Assembly: GCA_022813865.1 (NCBI GenBank)
Contig: JALDZX010000003.1
Span: 248,001-312,000, forward strand
Length of the DNA stretch: 64,000 nucleotides
DNA from: Xylographa opegraphella
Lineage: Eukaryota
Reading direction: 5' to 3'
Part shown: positions 23,218 through 39,600 of the stretch, in pieces
Position numbering within the stretch: the stretch's first letter is position 1
How the letters are laid out: the number at the start of each line of letters is the position of its first letter
Notes under the pieces: generated by a model
Seen by the model: only the letters and a program-made list of their open reading frames with translations
Databases searched by the model: none
Told to the model about the DNA's origin: nothing
Position numbers and translations under genes: made by a program

Positions 23218-24762
23218 CTAATTCATCTGTGCAATCAAAGCATTGATCTTGTCCTCCCGATTTCCCAAGTCGCCTCCCTCCACAAAGTGCTTGAACTTCC
23301 TCGTCCTGAACCCGCCCGTTGGGTTGCTCAACTTGAACGGCCACAAGAAGTTGCTAACTTGCTTGAAGTTCGGGCCCACGGTGTATATTTCATGGATCAA
23401 GTCTTCCATACATACAACACCATACTTGCCCAAGTTGTCTTCGATGATTTGGTTGTCGGTAAGGGGAATACGCTGCTTCTCGACTTTGCCGTATCCACGC
23501 TTGTAGACGAGCTCACGGACAGTCTTGAGGTTTGGGTATCCATAGGCAATATAAGGCTCGACGATCTTGAGCATCTCCAGAGTGGCTTTTGTTAGGCGGA
23601 TGAAGACACCATTGTTGATCTGTAGGAGGCGCAGGAGCTGGAGAATCTTGCGGGGCTTAGGCGCGATTTTATTGATACTAGGTGATAAGTCAATAACTTA
23701 TGACTATAGTGAAGACAAATGAGAGTGTGTCATACCCTTTAATACGCACGACAAAGACAAGCTTGGCTTCAGCAGGAACGTAGTAGGAACCTTCTTGCTT
23801 GCTCAAGCGGTGAAGGCGGATCTTCTCACGCTCCGCATCGCGGTATTCCTTAACGTATGATTCGGCACGCTTGAAGATAGTTCCGCGCTTCTCCTTATTT
23901 GCCTATAAAACGATAGAGTTAGCATTGTTGTTCCAATTGAAGAGTTGAAACAAGAAATGCAGGAGGTTGTCGACGATTCAGTCCCGAAAGATGGTTAACA
24001 AAACGACAACATTGAACCGAAGATCTAGTCGTGAGTATGGTGTATATCATCACCATCGTATAGCTTCACCAGAAAATGTTGGAATTAACTTGGTGACTGA
24101 CCTTCTTCCTCTTGTCTTGCTCAGCGGATCGTTCCTCACGGGCTTTCTCCTGACTCTTGCGCTTCTTCAACAGAGTCTCCGGAACCATGATATCATCTTC
24201 GGTAGGGACCGTTCTACATAGCCGAGAAAAAGTTGTCAGTATAGTCTGTCTGCAAATTAAAGAATATACACGCCGAGTGAAGAATTGCAGCTTGAGCGCG
24301 GCATTCTCGAACAGGAGCATGAACTCGACGCAATGTATTTAATCGCTGAGATGTGACAACCACTACTGAGCCAGCACTCCAGTAACGGAATGAGAAGTCT
24401 CGCGGTGTACACGGTCCTCAATCGACAAGACCCCAAGCTAGGCTCAGGAAGTATGCACGCATGGCTTTCGAAACTTCATTGATCAGCAGCGAGAACAGGC
24501 AAGCTGGAGATCGAAGAACGACTGCGGCACTTATTTTAGAGGAGAAAACCGAGATTTTCAACCTCAAAACCCCATTGCCAAGCGTCCGCGAGCCCGCGCA
24601 AGCATAGCAATGACAGTGGGAACTATCGAGCTGGTGCTAGCACTCTGAGATGTTCAGAATGTAGGTTTCCAGCGAGCAGGGCAACGACTATAGCTGATGT
24701 TCTCGGTGGGAAGAGTAAAAACTAGGGAGGCCGTACGTTTTGCCCTTTTCCTTTGGAGCCAT
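23218..24762 (-). CDS. RPL7: 60S ribosomal protein L7 (uL30), 4 exons
   Basis: [52 protein letters not shown] and [15 protein letters not shown]; introns ~24214-24736, 23903-24101 and ~23677-23735. Confidence 0.96.
23973..24059 (-). ncRNA. Intronic box C/D snoRNA (snR39/snR59/snR39B-like) in RPL7 intron 2
   Basis: Minus strand reads ACGAT-G-GTGATGA (C box)...ACCATCTTTCGGG-A-CTGA (D box)-ATCGT, with a 5-bp terminal stem. The guide is complementary to the conserved LSU rRNA sequence CCCGAAAGAUGGU. Confidence 0.88.
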
Positions 24763-25035
24763 CTCGATCGTTGGTAGTGCTCGAAGCACGAAAGTCGAAG
24801 TCGAAAGTTGTTGATGGCGATGAGGCTTGAAAGCAAATTTCCTCAAAGTGTGGGAAGGCTAAGGGCTATCGCTAACGGAATACACTAACCGAGTTCGGAT
24901 TGTCTCTTAATTCCGTAAGCTCCGACCAGAAGCTTCTTAGGACCCCACCAGGTCCTTACTATTGCTACTGTATTGTCCACCTATAACCTCTCCGCATCGC
25001 TCTTGCATTACCTACAATCTACAGAACTACGTGTA

Positions 25036-25875
25036 ATGTCTTCCCGCCGCGGTCGAGGCCCCGGCCTCTCCGCCTTCCAGAACAATTCCTCCCTGGCCTC
25101 TTCGTACGCAATGCATGGCGACGCTCTCAAGGCCGCCAATATGGAGGCGCTCAAAACGCAGCTCTCTGTCTTTCAGTCTCTTGCCCACAACTTTGCACTC
25201 ACGCACGCCGAAAAGATCAAGCAAGATCCGGCCTTGCGTAACGAATTCCATCGCATGTGCACTTCCATCGGGGTAGATCCCGCCGCGGCGACCAATGCTG
25301 TGGGGAGTAAAAAGGGAGCGGGTGGAGGGGGGTTCTTCAGCCTGATGGCGGGAAGGGATGATAAGGAGTTCGTGGCAAGGGTTGCATTGCGGGTGGTGGA
25401 GGTGTGTCGGGCAAGTCGGGAGGAAAATGGTGGCTTGTTGGGGGTCGAAGAGTGTAGACAGCGGGTTGCGAAGGGGAAGGGGGTTGGAGGGGCGATGGAC
25501 GTGGCTAGGCATGGAGTCCTTCCAATTGTTTTAATGTGTAGTGATTTAGCTGACTGGATCGTCAGTGACGACGTCCTGCGTGCCGTTGAGTCCCTCAAAC
25601 CGCTGGGAGGAGGCTTTTCGATCATCACAGTGGGTAGCAAAAAGATGATTCGCTCAATACCAAAAGAGCTCAGTACAGACCAGTCCACGGCTCTTGAGGC
25701 AATTCACATACAGGGTTTTGTAACTGTCTCTATGCTAGAAGACAATCTGAATTGGGAAAATGCTAGAGCAGAGACGGTCATGGAGGATCTGTTATCTGCT
25801 TCTTTGGTTTGGGTAGATGCGAAGGCTACTGAGAAAGAATATTGGTCACCAGCATTTATGCACGATGACGATTGA
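25036..25875 (+). CDS. SNF8: ESCRT-II subunit Vps22/Snf8 (EAP30)
   Basis: MSSRRGRGPGLSAF, LKTQLSVFQ, FHRMCTSIGVDP, VEVCRASREENGGL, DDVLRAVESLKPLGGGF, IRSIPKELSTDQ and LVWVD...EYW. Confidence 0.92.
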   Translation: MSSRRGRGPGLSAFQNNSSLASSYAMHGDALKAANMEALKTQLSVFQSLAHNFALTHAEKIKQDPALRNEFHRMCTSIGVDPAAATNAVGSKKGAGGGGFFSLMAGRDDKEFVARVALRVVEVCRASREENGGLLGVEECRQRVAKGKGVGGAMDVARHGVLPIVLMCSDLADWIVSDDVLRAVESLKPLGGGFSIITVGSKKMIRSIPKELSTDQSTALEAIHIQGFVTVSMLEDNLNWENARAETVMEDLLSASLVWVDAKATEKEYWSPAFMHDDD

Positions 25876-26033
25876 AAGATTTCGGAGTGTACGGGAGCCA
25901 ACTCATGGTTGTTTTAGCATTTCAGCGATACCCCATGCCGCATGCCGCATTCCGCCGGAATTTACAGTTTCCCATCCATAGAGCGGTAGAGTACATCACT
26001 CCTAGAAAGCGACCCAGGAAAATGTAATGAGTT

Positions 26034-28786
26034 TTATGCTTTGATCGCTCCACCGAGAGCACCTCCACCGAATTGCTGTCCACCTCGTGTTCGTGGACCT
26101 CCGCGGTCAGATCTCATACCTCCTCTAGCCCCGCCTCTTCCTCCACCACGGCCTCCACGTCCGCCTTGCCGTTCGAACGCGTTTGCTGTTCCTTGAGTTC
26201 TTTGTTCAAGCGTCCGCTCATTGGCCTCGATCAATCCACTTGCCTTGTCGCTGAGAGTGAGTGCTAAGCTCTGTAGCCTTGAAAGCTCGACTCCCTTCCT
26301 GAAGATGATAGCACTATTGACCTGATCCAATGCCGCTGCAAGCTCTTCGTGTGATATCATCTTACTGACGACGGCAGCTACCTTACGCTCCGAAATCTCG
26401 AACATCGCAGCAAGTGTGCTAACAGCGAGAGTATCGTAGAAAGGAGCGTAGGTAAAGAGATATGTTCTAAGACCTTCTTCCTGAATCTGCTCAGAGAGCA
26501 TCGCTTTAATTTTCTCGGACTGTACCATTAGCTCCCAGATCTTGATCGAATTGATTAACTCAACAGCCTTCTTCCATTCGCCTGCAGCCAGAGCTCTTGA
26601 TGCTTGCATGATATGATCGCGCGTGTTTTCTGGAGGACCTGTAAAGATCTGACGCTCATGAAATTCGAGTAATCGCCTGTAGTTCTTGCTGATGACACGC
26701 TTCTTGATGTCAGGCGAGGAGCCAGTTTGAGCCAAAAGCGGTATCTCGAGTAACATAGAGCACGTCAGGAAAACACATTCGAGAAGCTCTAGGTTGATGT
26801 GCATGTGAAATGGCAATTGCCGCTGCCTCTCTAACCGCTCCTGCTCTGGTGTCACCTGAGAATATCGCTGAATCATTACGCCTTGAGCTAGCAACTCTTT
26901 CTGCCTTCCACTTCCACAGATCTCTAGCAAAGTGTTCTGAGATTCATAGACCAGACCAGCTCGGAAAGCACAGAGACCAACCTGAACCAAAGTACGGTTG
27001 AAGAGGATTTGAGTACTTATATCGAAGTTGCCGATAGTTTCCTGAAGATGGGACATGAGAAGCATGTCTCGTGCACGGTAGTATTGGTCGTGCAAGGCGC
27101 AAAAGTAGACTTGGCACAGATAGCCTCGACCCCGGATGATATCCGCGCTGTTTTCGAATAAGTAAGTACACAGAATTTGAACCAGAGTCGCAATATCTGG
27201 GGCTTTGCCCCGAGGTGTTATCTTGGAATCGAATTGTGAAGGAACTGAATTCCACGCATTCTCTTCCAAGATATTGACGACTTGAGAAGGCTAGAACGAA
27301 ACATATCAGCAAATTACCTAGCATTTTGTAAAGTATACTGACCTTGAAGTAAATGTGTTCAACTCTACGCATGATAATTCGGTTAGCGTTTTCCTGAGGT
27401 ACCTCGAGCTTTGCATCCTTCTGCAGCTCTTCCACATAGAGCATAGCTCTGACGACTTTGTTATACAGAGCCTGCTCGTCGCTCAAACGTTCGATATATT
27501 CTGCCGTATGAGGATCAATATGCTGAAGCGAACGAGTGAGCTCATCATCTAAACGCTCAACGATTGAGACTAAGCTTCCAGGTATTTTGAGCTTTTCTCC
27601 AGGAGCAGGCTGAGGGGGCTTTTCGTCGTCATCCCAGGCTTCGGCGTTCTCAACAACCACCATATTTCGGTTTTCCTCCAACACTTCGAAAAGAGTACCG
27701 AGTTCTTGATCCGCCCTAAAATAAAGTTAGCAGAGTTTTAGGAATGCTTTGAGGGGTTGGGGGATGGTAAGGTTGTATTACGATTTCCATTGTTCCTGAG
27801 ACATAAATGTCACAGATGTCCCAGTCGTCAAATCAAAGCGAGTCGATATTAGAGTAAGAAGGACGCGAATTCTCTGATAGGGCGTAACAGCGACTGCAAA
27901 TAGCCTCTCCATAATGCGTATCTGTTCCCCACGATCTGTGTTCTTCTTTCCACGAGATTCTGTGATGGTCCGCAAATGAGCAAAGATACTCTCCGGTGTG
28001 TATTGAAGTGTTCGCCCTCCCCGCCCGACAGTCGAGAAGCCTTGATCATCCTCGCCAGGAGTTTCCAGGACATATATGTCTCTCTTCGAATTGGGTTTCT
28101 CAGCCGGCACCGCATCTTCCTCTTCGTCAGACATCATGTAGTCGAATTTATCCTCCTTGTACTTTTCGATTTCTGTAGCATATTCCCGATTATTTCTCTT
28201 AATCTTTTGCTTCATAGCATTCAGCCCTTTAGCATTGGTCGCATTCATCTTCTTAGTTGAGACCTTCTGCTTCGCGATTGTTTCGTTCATGAAATCTTCT
28301 AAGTCAGACACGGTTTTGATATATTGCTTGGGAGCCTTATCCGCAGCTGCGATCTTGACGACCTGCCGGTTGAGCTTATCGAATTCTAAATAGACCTCTA
28401 TCAGTAACAGAGCAGCAAATTTCACCAGCGAAACGCCCACCAGTTGAAATAGAGCTCCAGTCGTTTATTTTGACAGCATTATCTATCAACTTGATGACCC
28501 CATCAAGCTCCTCGAGCCGCTTGTTCTTCGCGCTCTTGACGAGCTTGGGGGTATCATCGTCTGAGCTCTCGCCCTCACTCGAGGCCTGGTCTTTCAAGAA
28601 CTTGGATATACCCGTCTTTCCACCATCTTCTTCGTCTGAGGAATCATCTTCCTCATCCGAATCATCTGAGTCGTCCTGTGAATCATCTTCAGACTTCTGT
28701 TCTTTTTCCTCCTCGCTGTAGAGCTCTTCCTCTTCAGAACTGCTCTCACTTGAACTTTCGCCGGCGGCGAAGAATCGCGAAGACAT
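26034..28786 (-). CDS. NIP1: Translation initiation factor eIF3 subunit c (4 exons)
   Basis: MSSRFF acidic N-terminus, [38 protein letters not shown] region [13 protein letters not shown] and an RGG tail. Confidence 0.95.
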
Positions 28787-29665
28787 TATGTGTGTGATGA
28801 GAGACGGAGGAAGATAGGTCGGACTGTCTGCGCCTGATGGTAAGTACAGAGCAGTTGTTGCCTCAAAATGTGAGTTCTGTGCGGCGAACTTTACGCGAAC
28901 TTCCTATTGGCTATGAATTGTACGCTAGTGTATGTAATTTATCTTGAGGCCGCCAAAGCAGAATAAATTAGCATGTGCAATATTACGATGATTCGAAATA
29001 CTCGTGGAGTCGTTACTTTTGGTTATCCTTCCAGTGTTCTTCGATTTGCAAGTGGTATTATGCTCAACACATATATGGTAGGAGCAATTTCTGATGTGCG
29101 TTGCCTAGACTGTATTCCGCCAATGCCTGTAATTTGCAAACCTGCACAGCCAATTGATCAATAGAATGACAGCCTAGCATACGCACACCTTCCTTCCACA
29201 AATACTTTCACCTCCCCTTGGCCACCCGTGTATGTCTCATACACTCTTAGCGAGCGGTACCAGCAATTAAGTTCCAATGACTCCATTCCGCCTCCATGAC
29301 CCGAAGAATCCTGAACTGAACCCTGCAATTCGGTGACAGCATTGCCGAATTAGGGAGTCGATATCATTCCTCTTTGTACATTGTCCACCTCTGCATGGTC
29401 GCAGCCTCGTTCATTGGCAATTTTGCTCAACAGTGCACTCACTGTAAGATAGCTAATCGTTTCGCTTGCTAGATATCAATTCACACCACGCCCAGCAAAA
29501 CCGTCTTCTACTCGGGGCCACGGTTTCCTCTTCAGGAAACAGTATGGTACATATTCCGGACGACGTCGTAATCCTTGCTGGTTAGCCCGATGCTTATGGA
29601 CTGATTTTCAAATCTGATTAGAAGGGCGACAGAGCAAGTCTGCACTTCTATGAGTATTCTGGTCA

Positions 29666-32725
<3,060 letters not shown>

Positions 32726-34866
32726 TATATTTTGGATCCTGAATGTGAAGCCCCCAGGCTATTGCATGTAAAGCACACGGTCTTTATGAACAGTATGCTG
32801 CGATCGTTGCTCTTTTTGGACCAGTTTTGCGCACAGCCTTCTTGCAAAGGTTTGTAGATTGTTCCCCGGGTATTAGCTGCTGGAACTTTCGGAGGACTTT
32901 CAATGGTCCTGTGTCTCGAACCTATCCCTAAACCTCGAATACACAAGGTACCGGACAAAGATAAGGTATGTTGAGTACGAGGACCGCGGAGGTGCAACAG
33001 AACGATGAGTGACAGAAACTACCTACTCTTAACACATTTGTGAAGGGAGCTTCAGAAGCTTAAGGAAATAACACCGCTCTATCGTGCTCTCCAGTGAACG
33101 GCTGGAGTCAGCACTTCAAACCGTTGCCAACAGACATGTCGAAAATACCCGTCGGTCTGCCGCCAGCGCAATGGTGGGATGTTGCCAGGCACGGTTGATG
33201 GATGTCAGGCAAGAGAGGAGGAGCCACAGGCCAAGCGAGCGTTTTATTGACCGTTTGTCCAAAGGTTGTTAGTTCCCTGGGCAGCTCGATAAAGACGCAT
33301 ACACAAAATGATTGAGTTCCGAAGCCTTGCTGCAAAGGAATGGGTGCTCCAGGTTCCATGGCGGGTCATGCTGCCAAGACCATTAAGCGCTAATGCTAAG
33401 CCTAACTGAATCCGTTGCCGGGAGAGTGCTTCTGTTGGCGACAATGTCCTTCGTTCCAATTTCGGTTGACCGCACATAGTCTACAATATACTCCGTACGG
33501 AGTAGACGTTTAGTGACAAAAATATCATTGACTACTTTCGTGTTTTCAAAAAGAATGAAACATCTCTTACATCGCAAATGAACTACGAACAATGGACTGC
33601 CCTGCTTCATGAAGTATTTTATGGCAGGAAAGTATATAATTTTACTCAGACGAGGCCACCTTGTAGCATCACAGCATTTGCGATTCACATTTAAAATTTC
33701 AGTGATGTACTTCAATGTTGTATTCCGTAGTTGGTGCGTGAGCTCTGTAGATAATCTATAGTTCGACATTCAGGACAATCCATATTACTGCGAGACGAGG
33801 CAGACTACCCATTGAAATTGATAGCCCCGACTCTATCTCATAGTCGTCTGTTCAGTCCCTGTCCATCGAACTACCTAGCTCAAGTGCAACCAGTCAACTC
33901 ATCCTAGTGCGAACCCACTCCACAGAGACCTTGCCCTGTAACGCTGGGTACTCCGCCTCAAGTAATATCAAAATAGTTCGGGCATCCTCGTTGTTCTTAG
34001 CTGATGCTCTCACAAAGGCGTCATGAGCCTGAAGCCATCCACTAGGTTTCGACGACGATGACATTGGCATGTTTGAGCACGACGGGAATTTCCTACATAT
34101 TAACGTTAAATGGAAGTCGCCGAAGGAAATGAATGGGGTCTCGTTACCAAATTTCGATATGGAAGGTCAAGCTGGAATGAAAGATAGGATGCTTTTGACA
34201 GAGCAGCTGAAGGGGTAGACGGGATAGGTCAACCCAAGGCTTTCTCAATTTAAGCCGCTAATGTAAAACGAGGATATAGATGCTATGAGGACGAGCTACC
34301 AGGAATACCGCAATTGGATTTGGGTGTATTGAAGCTTGGAGACGTTGACGTGCCTGCTGATATAGTACAATTGATATTTTTTGTTGCAAATAAACAATCA
34401 TTTCAATTTGGAGGAGAGCCGTGACTAGAGCTTACTCTTTCGTCTCACCCAAGGTATTTATGGTAGTGAACTTAACCAAGAACCTTGACTCTATCCGCCT
34501 TTCTCATCGAGAGGCCTTCGTTCCGTAGGGAAGGCACATATTGGTATCCATAAATCTGTGGCCCTGAGATCCGAAGCAGTTTGTCATATCAGAAGTTTCG
34601 CAACAAACACCAAAGCTCACCGCAAAAAGCGTATAGTAGTAGAAATTCTCAGTAAGGAGAACGCTTCATATCATTAAGTTTTTCCGTGCCCAACCACTTG
34701 GCGTTCCGAGTCGGCCGGCAGCCGTTATTAGTAAGTCAAACGCCGCTGCAATCTACCAGATCTCCCGTTGCAGATTTCCATGCATGCCATGTGGCTAATG
34801 AAGTGTTACAGGATACGTGCAGCAGTCGATAAAGATAATAGACGGAAAGAAAATTCTTAGGGACTT

Positions 34867-35892
34867 CTAGAAAACCCCAAAGACACCGAAACCTCCGGCA
34901 AACCACGTGAAAGACATTATAGTGATCGTTCCCATACCAAACAGAAATTTCAGTGTTTGTCGCTCCATATTTGATAAGGCACCACTGCAGGTCGCACAAA
35001 CGAAGTCTATATCCACCATTAATATTGTAATATATGGAGTGGAGTGATCAGAATGGCAGACGTACTTCCAAGATCGCTATATGGCTGTGGAGCATACATG
35101 CCGAACATGAATGAGTTATAGGTTCCCAAATATCCAGCTTGCGCAGCAGCGGTAGTAGCCTGAGCTGCGTCATGTATAATAAGTGTATAACTCTCTGTAA
35201 GAAGTGGATTGGTTCCTGTTGCATAACCACTGGTATCCCATACTACCGATCCCGTTTCTTTGACGCTTGCATTATTTGCCAGCGTATATGCCGACGCGCA
35301 TCCGCTGCAAGTAGCCAGAATATCGATCGCCGTAGGCGTCACAATCAAGGAGGTGTAGTTCCAGCCAAAGGTGATCTGATCTCCAATTTTGTAATAAGAT
35401 GCTGGGGATATGGCTGCTGGTGTAAGCATTTCAATACCACCAGCTGGTAAGCGTGGATCGATGCTCGTTGTCTCCGGACCGCTGGATGTTTTGGTCCCCG
35501 ATTGCTTGCCGGCTGAAGAGCCTGTCTGTGTGGGTCCAACAGAATTGCTTCCTGAGACGACCGAGCTGCTCACTGTTACAGACGGTTGTGATGATCCAGT
35601 AATGCTTATACTGTTTGATGAAGCACCATTAGATGCCGAGGCGGAAGGTGCAAACGAGTCGAAAACAATGGAGGTTTCGGCGGGGGAAAGAATGGCAGAT
35701 GTCGAAATGGGATCTGACGATCCCGAGCTCTTAGCAATGAGGAACGCTGATGACTTCTAACAACTTACTACCCTGCCCATTGTTTTGCCGCCTATGTACC
35801 GCATACCCAACGTTTCGAATCGACGGCGGCCATGGCCAGGCTGATGTAAAGGATGTGTAAAGCAGAAACGAAGTAGCAATGGGTGTACGCAT
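34867..35892 (-). CDS. Conserved fungal secretory-pathway membrane protein (signal peptide, S/T-rich, C-terminal TM), 3 exons
   Basis: MRTPIATSFLLYTSFTSAWPWP; IDPRLPAGGIEMLTP..YYKIGDQITFGWNYTSL; FGMYAPQPY; CATCSGALSNMERQTLKFLFGMGTITIMSFTWF. Confidence 0.8.
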
Positions 35893-36600
35893 GTTCGTGA
35901 GTACGACAAAGCGGAGAAAGAAGTCTCGTTTCCCGCCCTTCAGGAGTGCCTCAGGGACACGGTGTATCACTGGTCCTCGACACTTCGTGCTGTTGCTTTT
36001 CCTACGTTGTCAACCGCCTCGACTTCGACTTCTGGTACAAGGATAGACTGTTCGATGAAAGGGCTATACGAAAAGAGATTGTAAAGAAATGCAGGAGCTG
36101 AACGAATGATTCTTCTATAGAAACAGTCTTGGTAGGAACATCAAGAGACTTGGTTGAAGATTCTCCGACATCAGACTCGGATTGTTTGGTACACATTGAC
36201 CAGGGTCCACTCGGTGTCCCTATTTTTGGCGTTGGCCACCCAAAGTCGTACCCGCTAAATATGTCTAGGTAATCCTGGTCACAATTAATCCTTGTAAGGT
36301 GCAATCGGTCACGAGTGATTCAACAACACTGATTTCTAAGGTACCTGCTTGCACACCTGGCTACTTATCTGAGATACCTCCCTAGGACGGTCACGCATTG
36401 GAAACAGAAATTCTGTGGAGTCTTCACGGCATAGGCCAAGTGGCCTCAGTAACTCTATCTGTACAATTATGGTCCCTCGCAAAGGACTCTATAAGTGTGG
36501 CTTTGGCCACTAAAGTCTCTCAGATGGTTATGCATGAATTGGCTCCCATATCACCATTAAGTAAGTATATATTCTTGTAGCCACTGGATACGCAGCACCT

Positions 36601-39600
36601 TCAAGCGACCTTATAGTCATCCTTCAGTATCCAAGCACCTCTACCTCTGGACCCTTTCTGCAACGTCGCAATCTCTTTCAACATAGCCTTGAACTCCGCA
36701 GTTCTTTCGGGAGTATTGCAATGCCGGTTGAAGTGGTCGATCAGCATCTGAGTATGTACTTTACCTCCATGGGTAACCATATAGTCCCGTATCAGCTTCA
36801 TGAAACTCGTGCCCCTTGGTCCGCTCTGGCCATGTATTCGGGCGGGCCCATTCGCATTTTGAGTGGACGCAGCCGCATTCACAGCTTGGCGGCTCTGCAA
36901 TCCTGCGAGTATGCTTGCCGATGAAGGCCCTCCTCTACCGACACCCCGGCCAAACCCTCGCATATTTTGATGCTCTGGACGCCCAGCAATTCCAAATTGT
37001 CCGGTCCAAGTAGGCGTTCCAACCGGAACATTTCGTGCAATCTGTTCTGCCTTCTTGAGCTCAGTTGCTGCCTCGGCCGCCACCTTTCGGGCTTCTCTTT
37101 CTATGATCTTGGGGTCCGCTGCAATAATCTTCTTTCCATTGATGATATGGTCGTGCTCAAGGGCAGAATGGACGCCAGACCGTGCAAATATTCCCTCCAT
37201 GATACGTGCCTCGGAATTGACAGCATCGACGGACGCACTATTAGAGTTACTAAGCTCATCCTTATTATCAACGTTTTCAATAGATGCAACGCCGGCCAAG
37301 CCACGAACAGCTTGATCGTCATTTGTTTCGTCCGGATCAGTTTCACCTGCCCAAGGGCCAGTATCTGAAGGTGCTTGAGGGAGACGATCGTCGGTGCCAT
37401 TGCCAAACTTAACCTCGGCGCCCTCGAAGAGACGGCCCGTTTCGGTAGCTTCTTCATCAGCTCTGCCAAGCGAGAATAGATCATGAAGGTCCTTCAATTG
37501 GAATGTTTGTCGTTGTTTCGGATCCCTGAGGATTTTATTGGTTAGGAATTGCTTGAAGATTTGTCGGTGGAAGATCTTCTCCTCGATAGTGCCGGCAACC
37601 ATTAGACGAAAGATCTGTACCTCTCGCTTCTGTCCAAGACGCCAAGCACGCTCGCGTGCCTGTATATCAGTCGAGGGATTCCAATCAGGATCGTAAATTA
37701 TCACACGATCAGCTCCAGTGAGATTGATTCCAAGGCCTCCAACTTTTGTGGTAAGTAGGAATACATCCGCGTTAGGATTGGTATTGAACTCGTCAACCAT
37801 AGCTTGACGACTTGATATAGGAGTATTGCCGTCCATTCGCCGATAATTGATACCATCCATTGATTTGATATACTTCTCGAGAATATCGAGCATGATACGA
37901 TGCTGCGCAAATAGCAATGTTTTGTGGCCTCCTTTCTTCCATACATCTAATAGCTCTTTGACGATAATCATCTTTCCTGACTTGGCAGCAATACCGTAAT
38001 TATACCCAGGCTTCACTGACAGTACTCTATGGTCCTGTAGGTCTGGATGATTACAGATCTTGCGGAGCATGTCTACTCCATACAAGACTTGTCTCTTACC
38101 ATTAAGAATCGAACTCATTTCATCAGAGCTCAAGAAGTTCTCATATGCTTCGCGTTGAGGCCTTGTAAGCTTACAGAACAAGACCTGCTCGGTTTTTTTC
38201 GGTAGATCTGCCGCTACATCGACCTTGATTCGCTGCAATAGATACGGAGAAATCGTATCCTTCAGCATCTCTGCACATTTACTTGCAGTTTGCACCTGGA
38301 GATTCGATGCGTTTGCGTATCCGCCTTGGCGTATAGGAATCTCGAATTGCTGGCGGAAGTTGACAAGCGTCCCCAAACGCATCGGGAAGACGAAGTCAAA
38401 AAGCGACCAGAGCTCGACAAGGTTGTTTTGCATTGGGGTCCCCGACAGAATGATCCGATTTGCAGTGCGCAATTCCTTACAGTAAATAGTAATGGCAGTG
38501 TTGGGGTTGCGTATCTTGTGCCCTTCATCAAGAATCGCATACTCCCAGTCAATCGGAATGAGAAGTTCGGCATAGGATTGCAAGCCGGAATATGTCGTGA
38601 CCAGAACATGACCTTCTTGGACCACCCGATCTACAATGCGCTTTGCTGCTTTCTGCGATTTACTCAACGGCTTCTGTCTAGACGCATCGAACATCTGTAT
38701 AGAAAGCTCCGCTTCTCTTTGAGACTCACGTCCAACATCAATCATACCACTACCTGATGTATGGAGGATCGAAACTCGAAATGGAGGCCACCAGGTGTGA
38801 AATTCATTCACCCATTGCTTCATGACCGTGGCAGGCGCAACAACAATGATTGGTTTCGTGATTTTCTTGCTGTAGTGGAGCCCGGCCAGAAACGCTATGG
38901 CTTGTATGGTCTTCCCGAGACCCATCTCATCGCCAATAATTCCACCAACCTGCTGTGAGTAGAGCTCCCACAACCATCGTACCCCTGTCTTCTGATAGTC
39001 AAATAAAGAGGGGTAAATGTCGCCGGGAATCTTATAACCTCCTTCGAATTCGGTATCGTCGACAGTTGGATGGGGCAGATGCCACTCATCGTCATCCGCA
39101 TCGACATCTTGATCTCCGCTCTCCTCTCCTTGCTCTTCTTGTCTGGTAGAAGTCTGTACTAGAATCCCATTCAAGCCGTCACTCTCAGATTGTCTTCTGG
39201 CCTTCGCCCTTTTTCGCGCATTGCTCCGTCTGGCAACCCAGCTCTGCAGTCGTGCCTGGTACAGTTTCTCATTTCCGTCGTCTAGACCTGCTAGATCCTC
39301 TTTCTGGTTTCCTTCATGAACAATCTTTTCGCTCTTAGTAGGAGGTTTTCGCCTCGTCGCTGGAGTATCCATGATAAATTCATCATCACCAGAAGCCACT
39401 TTCTCGTCGCTGGATTCACCTAAGACTGCTAGTTCGTGATCATCCATTCCTGGGTCAAATACACTCGCAGTAGACTCCTCAGATGTTTCCCGAGATGCTC
39501 TTGGTTCTCGCTCGCGCTGAGTGTTAGGAGCCCTAGCCAAGACGCTCTGATCTGAAGATCCATCAGACTCCTTGTGTAGACGTCTTCTTTTTGTAGGTCT

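Noticed and set aside
29321..29354. Hairpin AATTCGG...CCGAATT downstream of YAK1
   Set aside because: Short stem expected by chance; no other support.
35757..35768. Apparent 12-nt intron (GTAAGTTGTTAG)
   Set aside because: A normal ~55-nt intron using the GCTAA branch point and a downstream GTCAG acceptor restores the frame.
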